From assembly GCA_027483385.1 (NCBI GenBank), contig JAIXUT010000105.1:1-44825 (forward strand): a stretch of DNA of 44,825 bases. The letters are read 5' to 3'. Every line of letters begins with the position of its first letter. The first letter of the stretch is position 1. The translations under genes were made by a program, and so were the position numbers. This document shows, one piece after another, positions 28,880 through 37,768 of this stretch. The DNA comes from Alphaproteobacteria bacterium (GTDB taxonomy: Bacteria; Pseudomonadota; Alphaproteobacteria; UBA2136; UBA6156). The notes below the pieces were generated by a model. It saw only the letters and a list, made by a program, of their open reading frames with translations. It searched no databases and had not been told where the DNA came from.

Positions 28880-28941
28880 TGGTAAGTCCCCCAGCGCACA
28901 CCGCGCCATTGAATGAGAAAAAAGAAGGTGGGTCTGAGGCC

Positions 28942-28970
28942 GTTCTAACGGCCCAATTCGCAAAAGTCAA
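28942..28970 (-). promoter_or_regulatory. Sigma70 promoter of the Nudix-like gene
   Basis: Minus strand TTGACT-17 nt-TAGAAC with an AT-rich upstream tract. Confidence 0.6.
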
Positions 28971-29006
28971 CTTAAAGTATACAAATAGCAGTAAGAATGA
29001 AAAAAA

Positions 29007-29297
29007 CTACTTTGGCCTTGTTTTTTTTGGCCGTTTCAGCACCTCCCGTGCCACCACCACGCTCTGGCCGGGGCCGAGCAGCAGCAGGGTGCGGTGGGTC
29101 GGCTCGGTCACTTCCACCAGCGTGTGCTGGGCATTTAAGGGCAGGCGCTGCGTCACTTTCAAGGTAGGTTCTGCCCGCGTGGCCCCCAACCCCCAGCGGG
29201 TGCCGTAGGTGCGCATCAGCCAGCCAAGGCCGAGGATTAACCCCAATACCAGGGCCAACATGGCAAGGGCGTACAGGCCAGTCCCTAGCGTTAACAT
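29007..29297 (-). CDS. fliO: Flagellar biosynthesis protein FliO
   Basis: ALVLGLILGLGWLMR TM, LKVTQRLPL...LVEV...LLLLG; upstream of fliP. Confidence 0.8.
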   Translation of the reverse strand: MLTLGTGLYALAMLALVLGLILGLGWLMRTYGTRWGLGATRAEPTLKVTQRLPLNAQHTLVEVTEPTHRTLLLLGPGQSVVVAREVLKRPKKTRPK

Positions 29298-29298
29298 G

Positions 29299-29544
29299 CT
29301 ACTTTCCCCCACCATAAGCCAGTTTGGCCTGCAATTTTCCGCGCAAATCGGCCAGTTCGCGGCTGGTCGTGGCCTGTTGCTGCTGCAGGGCAACGGTGGC
29401 GCTATCCAACGCCGCCAGCAGGCTGGTCAGTTCGGCGGTGCTCAGGCCCTCCGGTGCAACGTGGGCAAGCTGCGCCAGCGCAGAGGCAAAGCTGGGGTCA
29501 TCAGGCCTTTTTATAACTTCTAGCAGGGTCAGCAACGGGGTCAT
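29299..29544 (-). CDS. Small helical protein, possibly a FliT/FlgN-like flagellar chaperone
   Basis: Coupled on both sides (ATGA overlap; 1-nt gap), coiled-coil pattern, C-terminal AKLAY. Confidence 0.5.
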   Translation of the reverse strand: MTPLLTLLEVIKRPDDPSFASALAQLAHVAPEGLSTAELTSLLAALDSATVALQQQQATTSRELADLRGKLQAKLAYGGGK

Positions 29545-29840
29545 CGGGCGGCCTTGGCCTGGTTGGTTCGGTAAAGGTAGGCAAAAATTTCCGCCACCAC
29601 GGCGTAAACTTCCAGCGGGATTTCGGTATCGATTTCCACCTTTTCCAGCACTTCCAGCAGATCGGCATCCTTGTGCAACGGAATCCCGTGCGCCTTGGCC
29701 ACTTCCATAATGCGCTCGGCCACCGCGCCCGTACCCTTGGCCGTGAGCTTAGGGGCGGCGCCTTTTTCCTTATCGTACTGCAACGCCGCCGCCTTGGCGG
29801 GTTTGGGGGGGAGTGGGGTCGGTCGGGTTGGCACGCTCAT
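29541..29840 (-). CDS. Stand-alone FlhB C-terminal-like (EscU/YscU family) protein
   Basis: AAALQYD...APKLTAKG.G.VAERI..A...IP...IPLEVYAVVAEIFAYLY. Confidence 0.9.
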   Translation of the reverse strand: MSVPTRPTPLPPKPAKAAALQYDKEKGAAPKLTAKGTGAVAERIMEVAKAHGIPLHKDADLLEVLEKVEIDTEIPLEVYAVVAEIFAYLYRTNQAKAAR

Positions 29841-29844
29841 TGCA
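29828..29844 (+). promoter_or_regulatory. Sigma54 promoter for fliK-flgD
   Basis: TTGGCACGCTCATTGCA with exact GG-N10-GC spacing. Confidence 0.75.
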
Positions 29845-29949
29845 TTATACTTTCCAACGGTGCAGGGCTTGGCTGGCTCTCTCTCCTCACTCTCAGGCCG
29901 GCCCTGCACTGTTATAAATTTATTTTAACGCAACAGAGCATGCTTGCCT

Positions 29950-31656
29950 ATGGCTGAATCCTTTTCTCTTGGTGCACTGCTGGGCAGCTTGGGCCTTGCG
30001 GCCCCAATGGCCGATACATCGGCGCCAGCGCCCGAAGCCGCCACCGCTGGCCCATTGCGCAACCTGTTTGGTAACCTGTTGGCCGAAGGTGCCGCGCCCG
30101 CAGAGGTAGCTAATACAATCAATCCTGTTACAATGAATGCAAATTTAGAAGCATTTCTTGCCAACCCGCTCGCGTCGTTCGGGGTGCAAGTGCAACCCGA
30201 GCTTGCGGGCTTGCCCCTGCAAGTCACGGGCGAAGCCAGTGCGGTACAAATTTTGGCCCAACAGGTCACGATTTTATACCAGCAAATCACGGTGCAGGGT
30301 GGTTTTACTTTTGGTGAAGAAGGCCCGGCGGGAGACCTGGCGGAGGCACTGATAAAGCTTGGCTTGCCAGCCGATGAAGCCCAGGCCCTCGCTGCCAAAG
30401 TTGAGACCATGCTGGAGCTGGTGCGCCAGCAAGCCATGCTGGAAAAGGAAAAGCTCGCCGCCGAAGCAGGTGGAAGTTTGGTGGCGGTGCTGCTGGCAAG
30501 CTTGCTGAACCCCGCGCAGGCCCAAGCCTTGCAGCTGCCGGCCAACCAAACCACCACCATCACCAGCGTGCAGCTACAGGTGGTGCAAACCCAAGTTACC
30601 ATTAGTGCAGGAAGCTGGCAGGCGGTGCAGGCGCGGGCGCAAAATCTGCCAGCCGCGGCCAGCCTGTTGCAAGCCGAAGCGCCGATACAGGCTCCATTCA
30701 CGCCTGCTCCGCAGGCTGCACCCGTTACGCCGCAGGTGGTGGCGCAAATTGTACCCGTGGCCTTGCCCACGGCGGGTACTGCTGAACAAGCAGCAATTGC
30801 GGCGCCTGCCCCTGTTAACGTCTTGGCAATCCCATTGCCGACCGAGGCCTTGGATAAAGCTACGCCACAACCACAGACCCCGCTCCCCACCGTGCAGGCG
30901 GTGGCTGCCCCCAAACCGCTGCAGGGTACGGTGATGTATAAACTGACCGAAGCCCAGGCTGGTGCGCCCGTGTTGCAAGCGCTGGCCGTGATGCCTACCG
31001 CTCCGTCGACCGAAGCCATGCTTACGAGCAGCACCGATGCATTGCCCGAGCCCACCGCCGAAGTTACAAGCGCGCCGCAAATTGCCCCCAGCCTCATTGC
31101 AACGGCTATGGCGCCTAACGCGCCGCAACCAACCCCAACGTCTACCCCCACGCCGCACCAGGCTGCCGCCACGCTGGAGCGCCTGCATTTGGCCCAAGCC
31201 GCACAAGCGGGCCAGCAGCTGCAATTGGCGATTCAGCCCCTGGTGCAGGGCGGTAAGGGCGGTGCGGTGCAACTGATTCTGAACCCCCCCGAACTGGGGC
31301 GGATTGAGGTGCATCTGAAGGTCGAAAACGGGCAAATCAGTGGCGTGATTGCCGCCCAAGAGCCTGCTTTGGTGGAACACCTGGTGCGCGAATTGCCAAG
31401 CCTGCGCCAAAGCTTTTTGGATGCAGGCCTGAAGATTGCCGACCAAGGCCTAAGTTTGATGCTGAGCAACCAGCAACAGAACCCCGACCAGCAAGCACAA
31501 AACCCGTTTGCGGCCATGAACGACGAGCGCCAAGGTCGTACGGGGCCACAATCAGCGGCTTCTGGCACGGTTGGTGCAGATGACTTAACGCAGGCTAACG
31601 CCACCACCACCAGCCGTTGGGTTTCCCCCACCCAGCTGGTTGATGTGGCCGCCTAA
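29950..31656 (+). CDS. fliK: Flagellar hook-length control protein FliK
   Basis: Long Pro/Ala/Thr/Gln-rich region, C-terminal LILNPPELGRIEVHL..LPSLRQSFLDAGL; upstream of flgD. Confidence 0.9.
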   Translation: MAESFSLGALLGSLGLAAPMADTSAPAPEAATAGPLRNLFGNLLAEGAAPAEVANTINPVTMNANLEAFLANPLASFGVQVQPELAGLPLQVTGEASAVQILAQQVTILYQQITVQGGFTFGEEGPAGDLAEALIKLGLPADEAQALAAKVETMLELVRQQAMLEKEKLAAEAGGSLVAVLLASLLNPAQAQALQLPANQTTTITSVQLQVVQTQVTISAGSWQAVQARAQNLPAAASLLQAEAPIQAPFTPAPQAAPVTPQVVAQIVPVALPTAGTAEQAAIAAPAPVNVLAIPLPTEALDKATPQPQTPLPTVQAVAAPKPLQGTVMYKLTEAQAGAPVLQALAVMPTAPSTEAMLTSSTDALPEPTAEVTSAPQIAPSLIATAMAPNAPQPTPTSTPTPHQAAATLERLHLAQAAQAGQQLQLAIQPLVQGGKGGAVQLILNPPELGRIEVHLKVENGQISGVIAAQEPALVEHLVRELPSLRQSFLDAGLKIADQGLSLMLSNQQQNPDQQAQNPFAAMNDERQGRTGPQSAASGTVGADDLTQANATTTSRWVSPTQLVDVAA

Positions 31657-31674
31657 ACAGAAAGCCCAAATACC

Positions 31675-32355
31675 ATGACTACCATCAATGCAACCAACAG
31701 TGCCACCAACGCTTCGGGTGCGTTGACGGGCGTTGCCTCGGGCCAGAACGCAGCGCTCAATAGCGTCAACTTCGATACCTTTTTAAAACTGCTGGTGGCG
31801 CAACTGAAAAATCAAGACCCCTTAAACCCCATGGAGGGCACAGAATTTACCGCCCAGCTGGCGCAGTACAGCAGTGTGGAGCAACAGATTAACAGTAACA
31901 ATTACCTGAAACAAATTGTCGCGCAGCGCGATTTTGGCGAGCAAAACCTGGCCACCAGTTACCTGGGTAAAGATGTATTGGGGCCGGGGAACCTGTTTGC
32001 CAAAACTGGCGCCACCACCCAGCTTGGCTATGAAGTCGGCGCTGGCGCCTCCAAAGTGACGTTGGAAGTGATTGACAACCAGAACGGTAGCGTGATTCGC
32101 ACCATGAACGGCGACCCCAAAGAAGGTATCCGGACCCTGGTATGGGACGGCAAAAACGACGCGGGGCAAGTGGTGGCCGACAATGCCTTTACCCTGCGCG
32201 TACGCGCCACCGATGGCGAAGGCAAAGTAAAGCCCAGCCAAGGCTATGTCTATGGCCGCGTGAATAGCGTTTTAAATGATGGCAACAACGTGAATTTACA
32301 AATGGCTGATGGCCGTAATATCGCCGCCAACAGCGTGATAGGCGTGCGCAATTAA
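31675..32355 (+). CDS. flgD: Flagellar hook capping protein FlgD
   Basis: FLKLLVAQLKNQDPLNPM..FTAQLAQYS.VEQ; WDGKNDAG. Confidence 0.96.
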   Translation: MTTINATNSATNASGALTGVASGQNAALNSVNFDTFLKLLVAQLKNQDPLNPMEGTEFTAQLAQYSSVEQQINSNNYLKQIVAQRDFGEQNLATSYLGKDVLGPGNLFAKTGATTQLGYEVGAGASKVTLEVIDNQNGSVIRTMNGDPKEGIRTLVWDGKNDAGQVVADNAFTLRVRATDGEGKVKPSQGYVYGRVNSVLNDGNNVNLQMADGRNIAANSVIGVRN

Positions 32356-32372
32356 TTGGCACGGCTTATGCA
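32356..32372 (+). promoter_or_regulatory. Sigma54 promoter for flgE
   Basis: TTGGCACGGCTTATGCA with exact GG-N10-GC spacing. Confidence 0.8.
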
Positions 32373-32440
32373 TTTATTGGTTTAAGATTGTTTGAAGCAA
32401 ATTAACACCTAACAAAGCCACGAAATAAAGGATACGTACC

Positions 32441-34105
32441 ATGGGTTTATTCAGCGCAATGACAGCCAGCGTCAGCGGCCTCGGCGCCCAAGGGCAGGCG
32501 ATTTCGGTTATTTCCGATAACCTGGCCAACACCAACACGGTGGGGTATAAATCCTCGCGCAGCCTGTTTAGCCAGCTTGTGACCACCGGCGCTCAGGGCA
32601 CCACCTATAACAGTGGTGGCGTGAACACCAACGTGCTGCGCGACCAAACCGCTCAGGGCAGCTTTATCACCAGCAGCAGCCGCACCGATTTGGCCATTTC
32701 TGGCAACGGCTTCTTCCGTGTGGCTGATAACAAAACCAACACAACCAGTACCGAGTTCTTCTTCACCCGTGCCGGCAGCTTCAGTGAAGACCGCGAAGGA
32801 TTTTTGGTGAACCCAGATGGCTTTTATCTGCAAGGCTGGCGCACCGATTCGGATGGCGATATTCTCAATATTCAAGAGCCTCAGGCCGTGGAATTGCAAA
32901 GTGTGGGCGTCAGTGCCCAGGCGACCAGCCGTCTGTCGCTCGATGCCAACTTAACCAGCACCCGCCAACTTAACACCAACTATACCACCGCAGGCCTTTT
33001 AACCCGCCTGGATACTTTGAACGGCATGGTGGCCGACCCAACCCGCTTCGATTACCTTACCGATATTCGGGTCTATGATGCCCAAGGCGGTGCGCGGGAT
33101 ATGACGGTTGGTTTCAGCAAACGCGCCGCCAATGCCTGGGATTACACCATTTTTACCGATGGCGCGAACCTGCAGGGCGGGGCGGCTGGCACCAACACCA
33201 TGGTGGCCAACGGCGAGCTAAGCTTTACGCAAAATGGCTCGCTTAAGTTTGTGACCCCGAATAACTTTACTGCCACGTGGTCGGGGGGCGTGAGTGTCAG
33301 CACGATTGACTTGGATTTTGGCCAATACGTCGGCGGGATGATCGCCAGCCCCCAACCTGCGGCACCAGATTTTTTTGGCAGTGAAGTCTTGAATGTCTCG
33401 TTGGAAAATAACGCCCTGACCCCTGGGAACGACTACACCCTGGTTAAGGTTGCCGGTACGGGGACTTACGAACTGCGCAACGGGATTGGCGTCGGTGGTG
33501 CCTTGGTCGCCGGTGGGACGGCGGGCGCGCTCACCGCAGCGGGGCGCCAGGAAATTTATTTCCCCACACTCGGTACCCGCATTACGGTATCACCGAACTT
33601 CGATATCACCGTGCCGCTGGCCAACACCGCGATGACCTCGTTCCGTGCTTCCGCGCAGCCCCAGTTGCTCGATGGCCTTGGTAACGACGGCATCACCCAG
33701 CTGGCCGCCAGTTTTAACACCAGCGCGGTGAATCAGAACGGCTTTGGGGCAGGGACACTGAGCGCCATTCAGGTCGATGACAACGGTTTCGTCAACGGCA
33801 CCTTTACCAACGGCGAAACCAAGCGGCTGTACAAAATCGCGATCGCGGTCTTCCAGAACCCCCGTGGCCTGGAAGCCGTCAGTGGCAGTCTGCTGCGCAC
33901 CACCGACGCCAGCGGCCAACCGCTGCTGAAGGAAGCGGGTGTGGGTGGTACAGGCCGAATTGTGAGTGGCGCCTTGGAAGGCTCGACCACCGACATTGCC
34001 GGCGAGTTCAGTAACATGATTGTGGCCCAACGCGCCTTCCAAGCGAGTTCCAAAGTCATCACCACAGTTGACCAAATGCTGAATGAGCTGCTCCAGCTAC
34101 GGTAG
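32441..34105 (+). CDS. flgE: Flagellar hook protein FlgE
   Basis: VSGL..ISDNLANTNTVGYK, DLAISGNGFF, FTRAGSF, LEGSTTDIAGEFSNMIVAQRAFQASSKVITT. Confidence 0.96.
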   Translation: MGLFSAMTASVSGLGAQGQAISVISDNLANTNTVGYKSSRSLFSQLVTTGAQGTTYNSGGVNTNVLRDQTAQGSFITSSSRTDLAISGNGFFRVADNKTNTTSTEFFFTRAGSFSEDREGFLVNPDGFYLQGWRTDSDGDILNIQEPQAVELQSVGVSAQATSRLSLDANLTSTRQLNTNYTTAGLLTRLDTLNGMVADPTRFDYLTDIRVYDAQGGARDMTVGFSKRAANAWDYTIFTDGANLQGGAAGTNTMVANGELSFTQNGSLKFVTPNNFTATWSGGVSVSTIDLDFGQYVGGMIASPQPAAPDFFGSEVLNVSLENNALTPGNDYTLVKVAGTGTYELRNGIGVGGALVAGGTAGALTAAGRQEIYFPTLGTRITVSPNFDITVPLANTAMTSFRASAQPQLLDGLGNDGITQLAASFNTSAVNQNGFGAGTLSAIQVDDNGFVNGTFTNGETKRLYKIAIAVFQNPRGLEAVSGSLLRTTDASGQPLLKEAGVGGTGRIVSGALEGSTTDIAGEFSNMIVAQRAFQASSKVITTVDQMLNELLQLR

Positions 34106-34116
34106 GCGCTAGGTAT

Positions 34117-34144
34117 GAAAATGGCCCCTCGCGGGGCCATTTTC
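34117..34144. terminator. Bidirectional intrinsic terminator
   Basis: GAAAATGGCCCC-TCGC-GGGGCCATTTTC, 12-bp perfect stem between convergent genes. Confidence 0.85.
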
Positions 34145-34160
34145 GTTACGTATGATGGGT

Positions 34161-36005
34161 TTAATCGTGGCCGATAAAGCCCCCGCTCTGGCGGTTCCAG
34201 AGGTCGGCATAGATGCCGCCTCGTGCCAGCAGTTCAGCGTGGGTGCCGTCCTCCACAATCTGCCCTTTGTCCATCACCACCAGTCTATCCATTTGCGCGA
34301 TGGTGGAAAGGCGGTGGGCAATCGCGATGGTGGTTTTACCCGCCATCAAGGCCGTCATTTCTTCCTGAATCGCCGCCTCAACTTCGCTATCTAAGGCACT
34401 GGTGGCCTCATCAAGCAGCAGGATTGGTGCGTTTTCCAGAATCATGCGGGCAATGGCCACCCGTTGCCGTTGACCGCCCGAAAGCTTCACCCCACGCTCA
34501 CCCACCAATGCGGCATAGCCTTGGTTGCCGTACTTATCCTCGCACTTAAGGATAAAGTCGTGCGCATGGGCGCGTTTGGCTGCCGTAATAACTTCTTCAT
34601 CCGTGGCATCGGGTTTGCCAAGACGAATGTTATCAGCCACCGAGCGGTGCATCATATGGGCTTCCTGCGTCACCATGCCGATATGCTGGCGCAGGGAAGC
34701 TTGCGTGACGTGGCTGATATCCTGCACATCGATGGTGATAGAGCCGCTTTCCAAGTCGTAGAAGCGCAGCAGCAGATTCACCAGCGTGCTTTTGCCCGCC
34801 CCGCTCCGCCCCACCAGGCCGACTTTCTGGCCTGCTGGGATGGTGAGATTGAGGTTATGTAGTACACTTTTGCCGTGGGTGGCCTTTTTACCGTAGTGAA
34901 ACGAGACATTACGGAAAGCCACATCCCCGCCACCGGGCTTCACCACCAAGGCTTGGGCGTTAGGGGTGTCGATGACGGTGTAGGGTTTGGCCAAGGCTTC
35001 AATGGCATCTTCGACAGTGGCGATATTTTCCAGAAGGCGCACCGAGGTTTCGGCCACCCACCAGCTGAACGCAATGACTTGTGGCAGCACCGTCATTGCC
35101 ATCAGGGCTTCAGCCTTGCCGAACCATTCCTGCTGCCACCCATAGAACGTGAGCGCCATGATTGGCACGACTAGCAGAAACGTCAGCCCTGCCATCCCCA
35201 CCCACATGAGTTGAAAGTTGTGGTGGTTGCGCTGGCTGGCATCGGCAGCCTCTTGGGCTTTTTCCAGCAGGTAGTCGTCTTCATCCTTATCCCGTCCAAA
35301 GAGCTTGAGCAGCATGATGTTGGCGAAGCTATCCACCACCAACCCCGAGTTGCGGCTGTGCAGGTCGGTGGCGATTTTGCTGGTTGCCCGCTGAATTGGT
35401 ATCATCCACTTCAGAAAGCTGACATAGCCAATAAACCACACCACAAACACCACCAGTAGCACGGGGGCTACGCTGAATAGCAGCACCCCCGCGACCACCA
35501 ACGCCACCGCAAAGCCCCAAAAATGAATAATGGTGGCTTCGCAGATTTCGGTGACGGCATTACCGGTATCCTTCACCTTGCTGGCCAGTCGCCCAGCAAG
35601 GTCATCGGTGAAGAAACTAAGGCTTTGGGCCCGTGTGGCAGTGGCCATCTGGAAGCGAACGCGGTCGCGGAAGTGGACAAAGAACATTGGCCACGCCAGG
35701 TACCGCGCGCTTCTATCCAGCAAAGGTTGGGCGACGTAGAGCGTGAGCACCATTAGGCATAACAGAGTAAAGAGCTGTTCGGTGGTGACAGTTCCCGTTT
35801 GGTTGAAAACCCCCACTGCTTGGGCATAAAACCAAGGGGCAAGTTGCCCAAAGACGACACCTAGGCCGGCCAAGAACATGACAACGGCCATGGGTTTCCA
35901 AGCCTGCCTTGCAAAGTGCCACAGAAATGGCACCAGCTTATTGGGCAGTGGCACCAACCCTTGTGGGTGAGGCGCGACCGAAGTGAGTTTATAGTGCTTC
36001 ATCAT
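34161..36005 (-). CDS. ABC exporter, fused TMD-NBD (multidrug/MdlB-like); start 36005/36002, alternative 36056
   Basis: Multiple TM helices, GRSGAGKS, GERGVKLSGGQRQR, LLLDEATSALD, IAHRLST; GGAG just before ATGATG. Confidence 0.95.
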   Translation of the reverse strand: MMKHYKLTSVAPHPQGLVPLPNKLVPFLWHFARQAWKPMAVVMFLAGLGVVFGQLAPWFYAQAVGVFNQTGTVTTEQLFTLLCLMVLTLYVAQPLLDRSARYLAWPMFFVHFRDRVRFQMATATRAQSLSFFTDDLAGRLASKVKDTGNAVTEICEATIIHFWGFAVALVVAGVLLFSVAPVLLVVFVVWFIGYVSFLKWMIPIQRATSKIATDLHSRNSGLVVDSFANIMLLKLFGRDKDEDDYLLEKAQEAADASQRNHHNFQLMWVGMAGLTFLLVVPIMALTFYGWQQEWFGKAEALMAMTVLPQVIAFSWWVAETSVRLLENIATVEDAIEALAKPYTVIDTPNAQALVVKPGGGDVAFRNVSFHYGKKATHGKSVLHNLNLTIPAGQKVGLVGRSGAGKSTLVNLLLRFYDLESGSITIDVQDISHVTQASLRQHIGMVTQEAHMMHRSVADNIRLGKPDATDEEVITAAKRAHAHDFILKCEDKYGNQGYAALVGERGVKLSGGQRQRVAIARMILENAPILLLDEATSALDSEVEAAIQEEMTALMAGKTTIAIAHRLSTIAQMDRLVVMDKGQIVEDGTHAELLARGGIYADLWNRQSGGFIGHD

Positions 36006-36109
36006 AGGTCTCCAATGTATCAGCCCAGCAGCAGCGGGGCCAGAGTAAGGGTTCATGGGTAAGGAGAAATCTCCAACCGAGTGAAACGGGAGCCCAGCGG
36101 GCCCGTTTG

Positions 36110-36211
36110 CTAATTTAGATTAGCGGGCTCGGTGGGAATGGAACGGCACACGCCAAACAGGCCAACCCATGTGGGGTGGCTGGTGGGTGTGATGGCGATA
36201 TAGTTGCTCAT
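36110..36211 (-). CDS. Candidate leaderless leader peptide (33 aa)
   Basis: MSNYIAITPTSHPTWVGLFGVCRSIPTEPANLN*; ATG 7 nt after a -10 element; 3' end overlaps alternative hairpins. Confidence 0.55.
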   Translation of the reverse strand: MSNYIAITPTSHPTWVGLFGVCRSIPTEPANLN

Positions 36212-36218
36212 GAAAACA

Positions 36219-36247
36219 AGTGTAGAATAGTTTTGTATGCATTGCAA
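36219..36247 (-). promoter_or_regulatory. Sigma70 promoter of leader peptide/ABC exporter
   Basis: Minus strand TTGCAA-17 nt-TACACT. Confidence 0.7.
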
Positions 36248-36309
36248 GAGGCGGCGTAAAAAATATGCGTGGTGGTGGTTGAGAGGGATTTTTCTGTTAG
36301 GCTAGGTCC

Positions 36310-37758
36310 ATGAAAAAATCTTCCACACCTGCTCCGAAAGCCAACCCTCAAACTAAAACGCTAACACGTCAAGAGACCGACAGTATGGGTGCGGTGGCCG
36401 TGCCTGCCGACCGCTACTGGGCCGCGCAAACCCAGCGTAGCAAGGAAAATTTTCTGATTGGTGGCGAAGTCAGATTTAGTTTTACGCCCATGTTTATTGC
36501 GGGCTACGCGGCGCTCAAGCAGGCCTGTGCGTTGGCCAATGCCGATTTAAAATTGCTCGATGCCAAGTTGGCCAAGGCCATTTCTGCGGCGGCCGATGAG
36601 GTGCAGGCGGGTAAACTACAGGGCAACTTCCCGCTCGTGGTTTGGCAAACGGGCAGCGGCACGCAAACGAATATGAACCTGAACGAAGTGCTGGCGGGGC
36701 GCGCCAACGAAATGCTGACGGGCCAGCGCGGTGGCAAAGCCCCCGTGCACCCCAACGACCATGTGAACCGCGGCCAAAGCAGCAACGATACCTTCCCCAC
36801 CGCCATGCATCTGGGTGCGGCATTGGCGCTGCAGACCCAGGTGTTGCCTGCGCTTAAAGTTAGCCGTAAGGCGCTGGAAGCCAAGGCCACCAAGTGGCAG
36901 AAGATTCTGAAAATTGGCCGCACCCATTTGCAAGATGCCACCCCGATTACCTTGGGGCAGGAATTCGGTGCCTTCGCCGCCCAACTGGCCTACGCAGAAG
37001 CCGAAGTTAAGAAGGCTTTAGAAGCCCTGCTGCCCCTGCCACTGGGCGGCACGGCGGTGGGTACGGGCCTTAATACCCACACCAAAATGCCAGCCCTGGC
37101 GGCGAAGTATTTAAGCAAGCGCTTGGGTCTGAAATTCACCATTATGGAGAACAAGTTTTTTGGTTTAAGCGCGCATGAGCCGTTGTTGAATGCGAGCGCG
37201 GCGCTGCGGACAGCGGCGGTGGCAAGCTTGAAAATCGCCAACGATATTCGCCTGCTCGGCAGTGGCCCACGCTGTGGCCTGAATGAATTGAACCTTCCCG
37301 CCAACGAGCCCGGCAGCAGCATCATGCCGGGCAAAGTGAACCCTACGCAATGCGAGGCGCTTTCCATGGTCTGCTGCCAAATTATTGGCAACGATGCCGC
37401 CGTGTGCGCAGGCGCCATGCAGGGGCATTTACAGCTGAATGTGTTCAAGCCGCTCATCATTCATAACGTGCTGCAAAGCGCGCAGCTGTTGGCCGATGCG
37501 TTGGTTAGTTTTACCGAAAACTGCGTAGCCGGCCTGGAACCCAACCTGCCGCAGCTAGAGCGCCACTTGGCCAATTCCCTGATGCTGGTGACGGCATTGA
37601 ACCCGGTGATTGGCTACGACAAAGCCGCCGCCGTGGCCAAAAAAGCCTTGAAGGAAAACCTCACGTTGGAAGAAGCGTGTGTGAAGCTGGGGTACTTGGA
37701 TGCCAAGACTTTCCGCGCCAAGGTGCGGGCGGAAAATATGCTGCATCCTGATAAATAG
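36310..37758 (+). CDS. fumC: Class II fumarate hydratase
   Basis: WQTGSGTQTNMN, HPNDHVN, GRTHLQDATP, GSSIMPGKVNPTQCE. Confidence 0.98.
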   Translation: MKKSSTPAPKANPQTKTLTRQETDSMGAVAVPADRYWAAQTQRSKENFLIGGEVRFSFTPMFIAGYAALKQACALANADLKLLDAKLAKAISAAADEVQAGKLQGNFPLVVWQTGSGTQTNMNLNEVLAGRANEMLTGQRGGKAPVHPNDHVNRGQSSNDTFPTAMHLGAALALQTQVLPALKVSRKALEAKATKWQKILKIGRTHLQDATPITLGQEFGAFAAQLAYAEAEVKKALEALLPLPLGGTAVGTGLNTHTKMPALAAKYLSKRLGLKFTIMENKFFGLSAHEPLLNASAALRTAAVASLKIANDIRLLGSGPRCGLNELNLPANEPGSSIMPGKVNPTQCEALSMVCCQIIGNDAAVCAGAMQGHLQLNVFKPLIIHNVLQSAQLLADALVSFTENCVAGLEPNLPQLERHLANSLMLVTALNPVIGYDKAAAVAKKALKENLTLEEACVKLGYLDAKTFRAKVRAENMLHPDK

Positions 37759-37768
37759 AGTATTCGCC

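Noticed and set aside
29925-31446. Long antisense ORFs opposite fliK (and similar ones opposite dnaJ, cheA, atpA)
   Set aside because: Expected shadow ORFs in GC-rich coding DNA; the sense genes are well supported.
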